From contig DAIDJN010000062.1 of NCBI GenBank assembly GCA_027451365.1, forward strand, positions 1 to 49,296: DNA of 49,296 nucleotides, read 5' to 3'. Each line of letters begins with the position of its first letter. The first letter of the stretch is position 1. A program made the translations under genes and the position numbers. The notes under the pieces were generated by a model. The model was not told where the DNA came from. It did no database searches and saw only the letters and a program-made list of their open reading frames with translations. This document shows, piece after piece, positions 1 through 9,982 of the stretch. This stretch comes from Phycisphaerales bacterium. GTDB taxonomy: Bacteria > Planctomycetota > Phycisphaerae > WQYP01.

Positions 1-638
1 CGGACGCCTGGAAACACAGGCAACTGGCGGAAAACAAAAGCGTCCTGCTGACAGAGCCGAAATAACGGCGGACTTCTCATGCACGCCTATTATCCAAATC
101 CGGAAATAATAGGGTAGACGCAGTTCGTAATACGGACACGGACGATTGATACGGGACAATAGAGCCGCCCCCCTGGCAAGGCACAAGGCGACTTGATCGA
201 CCTCGCCACCTTGAATGAGGCCAGCCTCGAAATAAAAGAAGTGACGCAATCCCGGCAAACCCGGATTGACGCCGAATGGATGCTTGGCATACCCCCGCGA
301 TCGTCCATATTCCTCGCCGCCGCCGCAGGCCCATGCCCCGGGCTTTGATTCGATGTGAGACAATTGCCGCCGATGCGGCCACAAAAAATATGGTCACCAC
401 ACTTGACTTCTCTCGATGGATGCCGTCCGAGTCGTTGAATCCCATATTCACCTGGATCACTTGCGGCCATTGCGTCCATGGGGTGACGGCAGCCTATCAT
501 TTTATTGATCGCGAACTTCGGGGACTGATTCCTTACGGCATCACGCAGCGCTTATGGTCTGGTGCGCGGCGAGATGGTTTTGTTGAACCGTCGATGGGGC
601 CATCTCCGATTTCCGGATCAATAACGGGAAAACGGGGA

Positions 639-1676
639 TTACCTGCCGTTAGTCCGCCGCCCCAGAATCCGCGCGATTCCGGTTCGTACGTTGATGGTCC
701 ATGGCGCTGGCCGGGGCAAGCGCATGTGCCCGTCGCCAATTTGCAGCGGCATCCAGATATAGCGCGAGTCCCAGAGGTTCGATGGCGTCCATCTGTCACC
801 CATATAAATGACCTTTGTAGCTTTCGTCCCGACGATTTTAAGGAGAAACCCTGATTGCGAATCATAGGTGTTGGTCTTGGGTGGCGCAACATTGCGAAAC
901 TTACTCCATGGCCCAGCCAATGATTTTGCGGTCGCATACATATCCGGATTGGGCCCCCAACTCGTGAGATGCGATCCTATGACATAATACAATCCGTGAT
1001 AATGCACCAGACCAAGCCCCTCCAGATGCTTAGGGATCAAGCACACCTGCTTTTTGATGCTCAAATAATCGCGCGACAATTGCACAATCCGAAAGCCGAA
1101 TGGGCGGTCTTCAAACAGCAGATACGCGTTGCCGGCAGATCCGACGTATTCACCAATATCCCGGCTCTGATGTCCCAGCGGGCGGAAGTTCTTAACATAA
1201 CGGTAATTACCGTCGATGGTTCCGCATACAAACACGGCTACACGGGCCAGACTATAGGTCCTGTTGTCAACGTGGGTATACATGACAAATGTTCGGGTAG
1301 CCTTGTTGTAGAACACCTTGGGCCGTTCGAGTATCCACCCCGTGCCGAAGTGATCCGGATCGGAAAGTTGAACCACCTCATTACAAAACGTCCAATGCAC
1401 TAAATCTTTGGAGCGATAACAGTCAACATAACGCTTATGCGGATCATTCTGTCGCGAGCGCGCTTCGCCGAACCAGTAAAAGTTGTCACCCCGCTTAAGA
1501 ATACATCCGCCATGCGACTGAATAATCCGCCCGCGATTATCCAGCCAGCGCGCACCCGGCCGAATGATGCCCAAAGCGCTGGACATTGACGCATTCGAAA
1601 GCATTAGTATGACCACCGCCAGCAACAACCAACCGTGAATTGAACCAATGCTGATTTTCGTTTCTTTCACTCTCAT
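639..1676 (-). CDS. Secreted glycoside hydrolase family 43 (GH43_24-like, putative exo-beta-1,3-galactanase)
   Basis: Motifs IQSHGG..YWFGE, ILERPKVFYN, SRD, TYDSQ (Gln base typical of GH43_24) and YMGDRW; hydrophobic signal peptide. ORF track starts at 1784; ATG 1676 (MRVKETK) is preferred but uncertain. Confidence 0.85.
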   Translation of the reverse strand: MRVKETKISIGSIHGWLLLAVVILMLSNASMSSALGIIRPGARWLDNRGRIIQSHGGCILKRGDNFYWFGEARSRQNDPHKRYVDCYRSKDLVHWTFCNEVVQLSDPDHFGTGWILERPKVFYNKATRTFVMYTHVDNRTYSLARVAVFVCGTIDGNYRYVKNFRPLGHQSRDIGEYVGSAGNAYLLFEDRPFGFRIVQLSRDYLSIKKQVCLIPKHLEGLGLVHYHGLYYVIGSHLTSWGPNPDMYATAKSLAGPWSKFRNVAPPKTNTYDSQSGFLLKIVGTKATKVIYMGDRWTPSNLWDSRYIWMPLQIGDGHMRLPRPAPWTINVRTGIARILGRRTNGR

Positions 1677-1929
1677 ACTTTTCTTATCTGGAGTCTCGAT
1701 CTCAATTCCCATGAATTTATCACCCATGGGACTACTATTAAAAGGTTGTTGGCCTGAACTCTGCATACGACTGCTCCGATTCATGTAAAGCCTGGACTAA
1801 ATAACTACTGGGCCATCGCAAGGGTGCCACTTGCTGCGAATCCTTTTTTGATCATCGCTATGATCGCCTTGGATTTTGGCGATGGGGCGTTTGCGAACCC
1901 GCCATCACTTTTGTAAATTATGCCCCGAT

Positions 1930-4662
1930 TTATGCCCCCACCGTCAGAAGGTCATGCAGCACTGCAGATGCCTCACGCGACGGAGCGACGATCTGATACC
2001 GTCGCGGCTGGCCCTGTTTGGGCCGAATAATTTTCCCGTCGGGGTGCACCGTGAGGGTCGCCCATTCACCCTTTTCATAAGCAAAGGTTGCACCATCGTC
2101 CTCTCGGAGCTGGCAGGTACCCGGATTGCTACCATAGGCCGCGAGGTGGATTTTCAGACGATTGCGGACGTTGAATGTAAGCATAGGCTCGGCAAGCGGC
2201 AAAAGAGTATTGTCGCGCACAAACACCGGTGGTTGCTCCGGCGCGGCGGTAGCCTCTATTGAATGCCCGCCGGAAACCGCAGCACCGGTCCAGAAGTCGC
2301 GCCATATCCCCGTCGGTAGATACACCATGCGCTTCCACGAAGTGGCAGGATCGCCGCTTCGCTGCTCGAATGACAGGTTTTTTATCTGCAGATTTTTCGC
2401 GTGTTTCAGACGCAGCCAATAACCTTTGCCAATCATCAGGCGATAGTTACCATCCGCCGGCACATCGAAATGCCAGTCCAACTGGCGCCATTTTTCGGGG
2501 TCAAGAGCAATATTGTCATGGTACATGGCTCCGACATCTGTTTCGCTTCCGGGAGCAATCTGCCGCAGTCGGGTATCCATCACGCGGATATCACCCCGCG
2601 CAAGCATCCGGGCCACACACGGCCCCTTGCGCAACGTCAAATTTATACCTCCTCCCGGCAAGCCATCCTGCACGCCAACGATGTCCAGCGAAAGCACTCC
2701 GGCCTCAAACTGCACCTTCACACCCGGGTCCGGATTAACTTGTCCGACGTGAGTCAACACTACGCGGTGCATGTGTGAAAAAGCGTTCCGGTCGGTTAGA
2801 GGGGCCACGAGGATATCAGATCCCAACATCCATTGATCGTCAAGAGTCTGGGTGTTGACATCCGATGGCCAATCCGCCACCAGCGGCCGCACGGGGGCCA
2901 CACCCTGCAGGTGGTAGCGGCTGTAGGCCTGATAGATATAGGGCAGAAGTGCCATTCGAAGCCGGTTGAAGTACCGAGCGAGCTTTGTGTAGGCGTTGCT
3001 CTCAGAAAGCACCTTCCCTGGCGATGAGAGGTCCGGGTTCTGCCATATCAGATGCGGAAACTGCCAGCCATTATAGACCATCTTGGCGGAAAAAGCGGCA
3101 GTCGCAACGCGCAATGCCCACTCACGTGGCGACCCTGCGTCGCGGATCTCTGGCGACCAGATCAGCCCCTGTACACCGGCACTCAAATTATACCGAACGT
3201 AGTCGTGCAAGCTGTATTCGTCGCTGTAAACCGCCATAGGAATGGGTGCCGCCCACGCCTGGCTCGCGCGCACGAGACCAAACGTCCGCCGATCACCCTT
3301 TCTAAATGCTTGTAATATTCCTTGTGCGCCGCAGCGACCGAAAACGTTTCGCGTCTGCTCGCCGTCGGCTCCACTTGGAAAGCTTGTAAAATCAGGAAAC
3401 ATCCAACTTTGATAAGCCGGGGCGGTTTTGTTGGAACCGTCCACTTCATCTAGCTTAAAGCCGCCGATTGACCTGCCGATAAAGTTCTTATGCAGGAAAT
3501 CAGCGTAATGACGCCGAACCTGCGCATCCATTATATCAGGAACCAAGCCATGCCAGACCGCAAAGTCGCCAAAGCCCTTATGGAGTTGTTTGATCAGCGG
3601 ACATGACGGGTCGAGATAAAGTTGACACCACAGGTAAAGGTCGTATCCCTTCCGATGCATGATCTCACCGAAGTTATCGGGGAATTTGGCAATATCCCAC
3701 AGGTAGGAGCTTGAGTATGCATGCGTCTGCCACCCCGGCTCAAGCCCCACAGTGGTAATCGGGATGCCATGGCTTTTAATCTGATCGCTCATTGCCAGAA
3801 CTGAACTCGCGTTGAGCATCGTTCCAAAGATATAGTGCGGTCCCAAGCCAGACATCGGAGGCATGCACCCGCCGCCGGAGAAAAGATTGTACCGCGCGAT
3901 AGCGTCCCCCATATCAGGTCCGCCGAACCAATAGATGTCTACGCCTCGCACCGCTGGCACATCGGCATAAATGAACTTGGCTTTTGACTCATGGGGACCA
4001 TAAAGCACTGCGAGATTTGTGGATTCAATCTGCGAATGATTTCCATGCGACAGCGTGGTGGCATCCCGCACCTGCCGGGCTTCGCCCACTGAAAAAGTTA
4101 CGCACCGCGCGCTGTCTATCAATACGCCGTACCCCGCCGGGCTTGCGTAAAATGGTACGGGGGCATGGCTCATCCCCGAACCATCGTTGTCGCCTGCATC
4201 GGCGTAAATGGTGCGACGCCAGCCATTCTGCTCAAGGTGTCTGCACTGCAGCCCCATGCCATAGATTGCCTCTGCGGCTCCCAGCGGCAGCTCGATCCTG
4301 CAGCCTCGCGCCAGCCGCCAAACACGGATTGCCTGACTTGGCGGCCCGACAACCCTCGGCATTTCCCCAAGCTCTTTAAGCCTCGGGCTGCCACGCAAAG
4401 AGGATGGCACCAGCAGTTCCTGCCTTCCAGCGCGTAATCGGTATACCCCGGGTGCGACCTCTGTCACGCTAAGGCGCAATTCTACTTTGTGCGGATCATC
4501 GTAGGAAGGCGACCGGTCAGTGGCAACCTCTCTGCGACTCTGCGCTAAGGGCGATTCTGGTTGAGAACCTTCACTGCTGCGAGCGTGAATCGCCGTAAGG
4601 GCCGCTGTTCCCATGGCCACGAACTGCTTGCGGGTTAGCATTTGTTTTTGGTCCGATTCCAA
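1930..4662 (-). CDS. Glycoside hydrolase family 31 (alpha-glycosidase) with Tat-like signal and an inserted beta-sandwich domain
   Basis: GFKLDEVD nucleophile region, LRMALLPYIY, PVRPL, QWMLGSDILVAP, VYLPTGIWRDFWTG, EDDGATFAY. N-terminal LTRKQFV plus hydrophobic stretch. AGGAGG RBS before TTG. Confidence 0.9.
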   Translation of the reverse strand: MESDQKQMLTRKQFVAMGTAALTAIHARSSEGSQPESPLAQSRREVATDRSPSYDDPHKVELRLSVTEVAPGVYRLRAGRQELLVPSSLRGSPRLKELGEMPRVVGPPSQAIRVWRLARGCRIELPLGAAEAIYGMGLQCRHLEQNGWRRTIYADAGDNDGSGMSHAPVPFYASPAGYGVLIDSARCVTFSVGEARQVRDATTLSHGNHSQIESTNLAVLYGPHESKAKFIYADVPAVRGVDIYWFGGPDMGDAIARYNLFSGGGCMPPMSGLGPHYIFGTMLNASSVLAMSDQIKSHGIPITTVGLEPGWQTHAYSSSYLWDIAKFPDNFGEIMHRKGYDLYLWCQLYLDPSCPLIKQLHKGFGDFAVWHGLVPDIMDAQVRRHYADFLHKNFIGRSIGGFKLDEVDGSNKTAPAYQSWMFPDFTSFPSGADGEQTRNVFGRCGAQGILQAFRKGDRRTFGLVRASQAWAAPIPMAVYSDEYSLHDYVRYNLSAGVQGLIWSPEIRDAGSPREWALRVATAAFSAKMVYNGWQFPHLIWQNPDLSSPGKVLSESNAYTKLARYFNRLRMALLPYIYQAYSRYHLQGVAPVRPLVADWPSDVNTQTLDDQWMLGSDILVAPLTDRNAFSHMHRVVLTHVGQVNPDPGVKVQFEAGVLSLDIVGVQDGLPGGGINLTLRKGPCVARMLARGDIRVMDTRLRQIAPGSETDVGAMYHDNIALDPEKWRQLDWHFDVPADGNYRLMIGKGYWLRLKHAKNLQIKNLSFEQRSGDPATSWKRMVYLPTGIWRDFWTGAAVSGGHSIEATAAPEQPPVFVRDNTLLPLAEPMLTFNVRNRLKIHLAAYGSNPGTCQLREDDGATFAYEKGEWATLTVHPDGKIIRPKQGQPRRYQIVAPSREASAVLHDLLTVGA

Positions 4663-4698
4663 GAAATATCCTCCTGGTAAGCCTCATGCACGATACTG

Positions 4699-4938
4699 GG
4701 TAAACAAATGACGCAACTATGTACAACCTGCAACGTTCGCGGCAAATGGAAGACTAGCCATAAGCACTTGGAGTCCTATTTGAAAGAGTTTACATTGCGG
4801 TTCAACCGCCGCCGGTCGGTGTCCTGCGAAAAGCTGTTCTACCAGTTGGTTCAACAAACCATACACGCCGACACCCGCACGTATCGGAACTTTGTCAACT
4901 CACCACCGGTCGTGGTCGGTTGATTCAAATAGATACCC
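4699..4938 (+). mobile_element. Internally deleted IS1595-family remnant (transposase C-terminal fragment at 4708-4923)
   Basis: KHLESYLKEFTLRFNRRRS..KLFYQLVQQ is the typical IS1595 transposase C-terminus. Imperfect terminal inverted repeats: gggtaaacaaatgacgcaac (4699) versus the reverse complement of gttgattcaaatagataccc (ends 4938), 13/20 identical. Confidence 0.75.
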
Positions 4939-4991
4939 GATTTAATGGCTGTAGCCAACTATAAAAAACCATCAATTTACCATTTCGACCG

Positions 4992-5034
4992 AAATAATGA
5001 TAAGCGGGCAGAGCGATTCTTTCACTCCGCCCGC
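4992..5034 (-). terminator. Intrinsic terminator downstream of the PEP-CTERM gene
   Basis: On the minus strand GCGGGCGGAGUGA-AAGAA-UCGCUCUGCCCGC (13-bp stem with two G-U pairs), followed by UUAUCAUUAUUU. Confidence 0.7.
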
Positions 5035-5065
5035 CTCGTTTCATTTCATGCTTAACCGGTCAGCT

Positions 5066-5914
5066 TCACGCGGTCTTGCGTCGCCGTCCGATCAGCAGCA
5101 GGCCCATTGTTCCCATCGCCATAAGACCCAGTGTCACTGGCTCGGGAGTGGATACCACTTGAAACCCGCTTAAGCTCGCCCGAAGGACATTGGTGGAACC
5201 CGGTGCCCCCAAAGTCGCGACCTCGGAAATCGAAAGGTCCGTTCCTGTGACGCCGGTGAACATGATATAGTTGCCTCCCGCGCTGCTGGTCGCGAGGGTG
5301 AACGTGTCACTTACCGAGCCGTCTATGATGTTGTTTTGGGTGACGCCGTTCACGGTGTAGTCGCCCCCCCTCCCTGGCAACTGCCCTCCGACATACAAGA
5401 TGACCGTATAGGGCGTCGAACCGGTGCCGGCAATGCTTGATGGCAGGTTGTTAACCGTGACGTTAGCATCCGGACCTTCATTTACGGTGGCACCGGTATT
5501 GGGATCAGTGTACGAATTAGTGTAACCTGAATCGAGAAACGCGTATTGCAGTTGCTCATTTTGAGTTCCGCCGCTGTTGTTCTGAGCGTATGAATAGCCC
5601 GTGCCCGGTGCCGAAAAACTAATGGTTGTTCCCGCCGCAGCAGTGCCGTCGGCAAGCACAAGCCCAGTCGCATTAGAAACATTCGTAGGGTAACTACCGC
5701 TGCCAGTGGGGTTGGTGCCGGCTTCGTTGTTCCAATTGGATTGCGGCAAGTAACCGGCCGTCCCGGTGACGGTTTGATAAGACGGGCTTCCAGCCTGTAC
5801 GAAATTCACACCAAGCATTTCCGCATTGGCGCTGCCGGAGCAGGCCAGCCCGCCGCACGCAAGTGCCGTTGCTAAACCGGCGGAAAGAAACAAGGAATGG
5901 GGTTTGGAAAACAT
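5066..5914 (-). CDS. PEP-CTERM sorting domain surface protein
   Basis: C-terminal TPEP + hydrophobic helix + RRRK; signal peptide; Thr/Gly/Ser/Asn-rich body. ATG 5914 has an AGGAG RBS (ORF-track start 6013 is likely too long). Confidence 0.92.
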   Translation of the reverse strand: MFSKPHSLFLSAGLATALACGGLACSGSANAEMLGVNFVQAGSPSYQTVTGTAGYLPQSNWNNEAGTNPTGSGSYPTNVSNATGLVLADGTAAAGTTISFSAPGTGYSYAQNNSGGTQNEQLQYAFLDSGYTNSYTDPNTGATVNEGPDANVTVNNLPSSIAGTGSTPYTVILYVGGQLPGRGGDYTVNGVTQNNIIDGSVSDTFTLATSSAGGNYIMFTGVTGTDLSISEVATLGAPGSTNVLRASLSGFQVVSTPEPVTLGLMAMGTMGLLLIGRRRKTA

Positions 5915-6172
5915 AGAAAACTCCTGCTCCCTAAGAGAGCTATTTTGAACTTCCCACCAAACCGGGCGGGTTTCGGATCCACACGCCAACAAAGCCGTGG
6001 ACTTTTGGCTCATTCATATTGTGAATGTCGTATACCGACGACGCACCGAATCCTGAACTTTTTCACCCAAATGCCAGCCAGCGACTTGAACTTCCAAATT
6101 CTTCATCTCCTCGAACCGTGAGCATTGTTTTCAAGTACCCTATATATATATGCATTGGGCCATCGCCCACAA

Positions 6173-6209
6173 TGGCGCTTTGTACAAATCTATTGGCTTT
6201 TTCTGCAGA
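6173..6209. promoter_or_regulatory. Putative AraC/XylR-type tandem operator upstream of the PEP-CTERM gene
   Basis: tggcgctttgtacaaa (6173) and tggctttttctgcaga (6194) are 21 bp apart; homologous to 9983-10019. Confidence 0.5.
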
Positions 6210-6239
6210 ACGGGAAAACCCATTGCACCAGCACCAACT

Positions 6240-6442
6240 CTCATTTGGGCGATGCCAGTTTGGAACGCGATCGTATGGATCGTTTCCAATAATCCATGCA
6301 AACCGGCGCATAACACATTTTCCATCTGGATTTTCCAAAGCTATCGAGGGGGCTGGCCCAAATGCTGAATCCGACGTTGCGGCTGGCCGTACGAGGTTCC
6401 ACACTTCCACACCCGCCGTGCGCCACCACGGAAACCTATAAC
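6240..6442 (+). pseudogene. Decayed partial duplicate of the XylR-type regulator gene
   Basis: Translates LGDASLERDRMDRFQ*SMQTGA*HIFHLDFPKLSRGLAQMLNPTLRLA, colinear with LGDASVERERMDGFQQAAASAGKHVYHLNFSKLSRDMAQTLDPTVWLA of the gene at 10070-11215; two in-frame stops. Confidence 0.9.
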
Positions 6443-6480
6443 AAAAGCCGTCTGGTGCCAGCAATCACTCATTTTTCTCT

Positions 6481-9312
6481 TCAGTCTTTTCCCGTTGTCA
6501 CCCTCACGAACGGAACGGTCGTCGCCCTTGGTAACACGGACTTCCGCAATTTTTGATTGAAGAAATCGCTCATGCGCCGAGTCCAGACAGTGAGTTTATT
6601 CCCCGATCGCGTGAAATGAGTGCGACGTTTCGACGCCCTGAATTCCACTATTGCTCCAGCCCGTATCATAAATGGTGGAATATCAAAACTCACGGCCTCG
6701 GAGCTTGTCCTGCCAATTGGATCCGCGATGATTCGATTTATCATCATGACATCCTTGCCCCGGGAAAACACACCTGTGATTTTCAGTCGTATCATCGCTT
6801 CGCTGCGATCAGCGCGAAGCACCGCCCAGAACCTTGGGTAGTAAAGCGGTAGCGATACCTTGGTGTGCCGCGCTAAAAACAGCGGTGCCACGTGCAGCGT
6901 GTGGTGCGGCAAATCCAATGCCGCCGATGCCAATACATCTGTAACCAGCCAAGTTACCGGCGCGGAAACATAGGCCCGCTCGCCTGGAGTCCACAGGTTT
7001 TGGCTCCAGGTCCAACCGTTGCGCAGATTGATCAATTGTATATGTTTCATAATATTCAATCCGTCGCCAACATAGCCAGCCTGAATCAGCGGCATGGCTG
7101 TAAAGGCCTCGAGTTGAAATGGCCAGCAGGTGGAATGGTTATTTTTCGTCCCCAGATCCAACGCCGCTTGCCGGCCCTTAATATTCCAAACTTTCGGCGC
7201 GTAGTAATCCGGTGAATGGGAAAGGCTGGTTTTCATCTGCGCAATCAGCGACGCCCGTTCCATACTCAAAGGAACCAAATCACGGAAACCGAGATAACGG
7301 CTTAAGAATTCCCCCGCAAGTTGCGCACTGGACATGAGACTATTTACAGGCTTGCTGCCATCCGCATTGCAGCCATACGAAAAATATCGGCCATTCCACA
7401 AGAATTTAATCAGATCATGCGTACCCTGATCGCCCCACCGACGCCATTTCACAGCCAGCGCGTGTTCCGCCATTGCATCGGCCAGTATCGCCGCCGCCCG
7501 CATGAATACCGGATATGTGCTGGCGTTATAGATATTGATCGGCGGCTGCCAAAAATCGTCGTATGTGTCTGGACCTTGCGGTATTTGCAACTTGCTTTTA
7601 ATCTGCTTATGCAGAAAGTTCACGGCATCTATGATCTGTTTGTGGTAGCGATCAATATACGTCTGATCGCCGGTCTGAAGATAATACTCGGCAAGCTGAT
7701 ATAGCCAGCCTCCAGTGTTATCCAGCATCCAGTTGCCGGGCACCGGAGTGTGGCCATCGGGGCTGTCGAGGCCGATGTAATAGTTCCCGTCGAAGTGAAG
7801 AATTTCGCCTCGCTTTCCCTCATTGTCCGCAAAAAGCGAAAGCTCGCGACGATTGAGGCGGGGAAAAAATTTAAGATAAAACTCATGGTTAATCAGGCGC
7901 TGATCCATGGTTCCGGTCAGGCCTCCCATTCCGCCTTCCATTACCGCAAAATCACCCTGACGGTTCAGAATCGTATTAGTATACATGGTATACGCGGAAT
8001 TAATGAGTTTGAACTTCAGCCAGTCCGGATAGCTGCTCCGTAGAATAGGCTTATGCCAGGCCTGGCTTTGCCGCAAGATGCGGTGACCGTTGGCGGCAGC
8101 GTAGTCGAGAATCTGCGGCAGCGAATGAAAGTAATTTTGAAAGTAGCGCCCATAACGGTTTTTGTCATAAGACAGAAACGATCTCGTTTCGTTCGACTTT
8201 TTCCCGCAGCGCAGCGGCGGTGCATACCAGCAAACAATAAAACGAGCCGTGGCACTGGCGCCGGCGGCGACCATCATCTTCACCGCGACCGCGCTGGCCG
8301 CTGCCGCACCGTTGTACAGCGCAACGGGTTTTGCTGCAGCCGAAGCATCCGCGCGGAATTCGCCTGTCGTGCAAAATGACTTCCACGCACGTCTCCCATG
8401 CGCCACTTGATAACTGGGCAACGTGCTGATGGTTTGTCCCGGGACGGTCCGTGCCACGATCGCGATCTGATTGTTATAATTTTGAAATGTCGCCTTGAGC
8501 GGGACAAACGCTTTGCTCCGCTGTAGAACGCCGCGCCAGTGGTTGGCGATCAGCGTTTGGGCTTGCGTTCGCACACGCTGGATGCAGGGCATAGCACCAT
8601 ATTGTCCGCCGGGCATCCCGCCCAAACTCCAGGATGTAACGCCGATCTTCCCGATCAGATCGGGACCGGCCAGATCGCGCAACTTTCTGCCGATTACATC
8701 CTGCCACGAAAATGCCACGCTAATAGCTTGTGCGGTTGCTTTCGGGTTATGCACTGTCACATCAATAAATGCCACCGGAAGGCTCGAATCTTTTACATCA
8801 TGCGCTACCAGACCGGACCATGCCTTGAGGGCGGTGTTGCGGTTAATCTTCAGATGAATTATCGGAAACAGACCGCGATAGACCGTGGTTTTGGCAGGTA
8901 CCATACCAAACAGGGGTTTCTTCGCCAATTCGAGCAGATGAGCGTGCCCATTGCGCCACACCGCCAGAAAAGTTCCAGGGACATGATGGATAATGCCCTG
9001 AACATCATGCCAGTTGTTGATCGCAATCCGGTCAAAATGGCCGTTAGGAGACAAATCAAAGTATCCCTCGCCAATGCCTCCCAGCGGAACGCCACTCGGA
9101 CCGCGATGATTGTGCAGCGCCAGATAATCATAATGATCGCGACCATTCCTGATCATATCAGCGGGTGAACGGCTCGCGTTGGCTCTCGCCGCACCATAAT
9201 CAACCTGGGCTGATGATGAAAACGCCGCTCCGCTTGTCATCAAAATCAGGATCAAGAAAAGCGTTCCGAACCATGCGCGGAGTGATGAAAACATCACGGA
9301 TATCCTCAGCAA
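6481..9312 (-). CDS. Secreted glycoside hydrolase family 116 (beta-glucosidase/glucosylceramidase-like)
   Basis: GVPLGGIGEG, YRGLFP, DSSLPV, VMEGG...GTMD (nucleophile region), DTYDDFW (acid/base region), LWNGRYF, AQLAG; signal peptide. True start may be GTG 9297 or ATG 9294. Confidence 0.88.
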   Translation of the reverse strand: MLRISVMFSSLRAWFGTLFLILILMTSGAAFSSSAQVDYGAARANASRSPADMIRNGRDHYDYLALHNHRGPSGVPLGGIGEGYFDLSPNGHFDRIAINNWHDVQGIIHHVPGTFLAVWRNGHAHLLELAKKPLFGMVPAKTTVYRGLFPIIHLKINRNTALKAWSGLVAHDVKDSSLPVAFIDVTVHNPKATAQAISVAFSWQDVIGRKLRDLAGPDLIGKIGVTSWSLGGMPGGQYGAMPCIQRVRTQAQTLIANHWRGVLQRSKAFVPLKATFQNYNNQIAIVARTVPGQTISTLPSYQVAHGRRAWKSFCTTGEFRADASAAAKPVALYNGAAAASAVAVKMMVAAGASATARFIVCWYAPPLRCGKKSNETRSFLSYDKNRYGRYFQNYFHSLPQILDYAAANGHRILRQSQAWHKPILRSSYPDWLKFKLINSAYTMYTNTILNRQGDFAVMEGGMGGLTGTMDQRLINHEFYLKFFPRLNRRELSLFADNEGKRGEILHFDGNYYIGLDSPDGHTPVPGNWMLDNTGGWLYQLAEYYLQTGDQTYIDRYHKQIIDAVNFLHKQIKSKLQIPQGPDTYDDFWQPPINIYNASTYPVFMRAAAILADAMAEHALAVKWRRWGDQGTHDLIKFLWNGRYFSYGCNADGSKPVNSLMSSAQLAGEFLSRYLGFRDLVPLSMERASLIAQMKTSLSHSPDYYAPKVWNIKGRQAALDLGTKNNHSTCWPFQLEAFTAMPLIQAGYVGDGLNIMKHIQLINLRNGWTWSQNLWTPGERAYVSAPVTWLVTDVLASAALDLPHHTLHVAPLFLARHTKVSLPLYYPRFWAVLRADRSEAMIRLKITGVFSRGKDVMMINRIIADPIGRTSSEAVSFDIPPFMIRAGAIVEFRASKRRTHFTRSGNKLTVWTRRMSDFFNQKLRKSVLPRATTVPFVRVTTGKD

Positions 9313-9982
9313 ACGAATACTGGATCACAACATACGCCATAATATTCTCAACGTTGGCACCCTCGCGGTACCATCAAACTCCCTGGTAGTCCAGCATTTA
9401 CATGCACCAGCTACAATCCTCCCCCAATTTTCCGCCCGACTGTCTGATAGCTTGCCCCAGCTGTCATGGATAGTGAATTTCACGTAATCCAGAGTATCCG
9501 TCACCATCACGAAGGCAGCCACCGCGTGCGGGAGCATGTTGCCCGTTAATGAAACTGTATGAGGGAACATCTGAACGCTTCTTGGGTCTATTTGAATTGA
9601 ACTTCCCGCCAATCGCAGCCGGACTGCGATGTCGCAAACCAACAGGATTGCAGATATCCATCCACTTCACTCCGGGGCAGCCAGCATCTGATCGGATTTG
9701 AAAGCTCAGCATTTCCACCTCAATGTCCGCCGACAATAAACACTACCCGGCCATCTTTAACCACAGACTTTTATCCCCAAAGGAGGATATACCCACCCCG
9801 TATCGCGGCTGAATGACATTCCGCACGAATTATTTGGCGACTTGCCCATTTCCGAATACCTCCATGACAACGCCTCATCACTTCTTAACCATAATATCCG
9901 CCAACCATCTGCACCCTTTGTCGAGCCTGACCGCTGTCATTTATCTGAATTTCAACTTATGACCGCCCACAATTGCCCACAA

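Noticed and set aside
1..638. ORFs 276-854 (+), 77-460 (-) and 90-500 (-)
   Set aside because: Mutually overlapping, no recognisable motifs, and one overlaps the GH43 3' end; none can be supported as a gene.
6025..6464. ORFs 6025-6441 (+) and 6063-6464 (-)
   Set aside because: Off-frame or antisense readings of the xylR pseudogene fragment.
9583..9600. gggtctatttgaat resembling the IS1595 right end at 4920-4938
   Set aside because: Only about 11 bp match and no partner end; compatible with chance.
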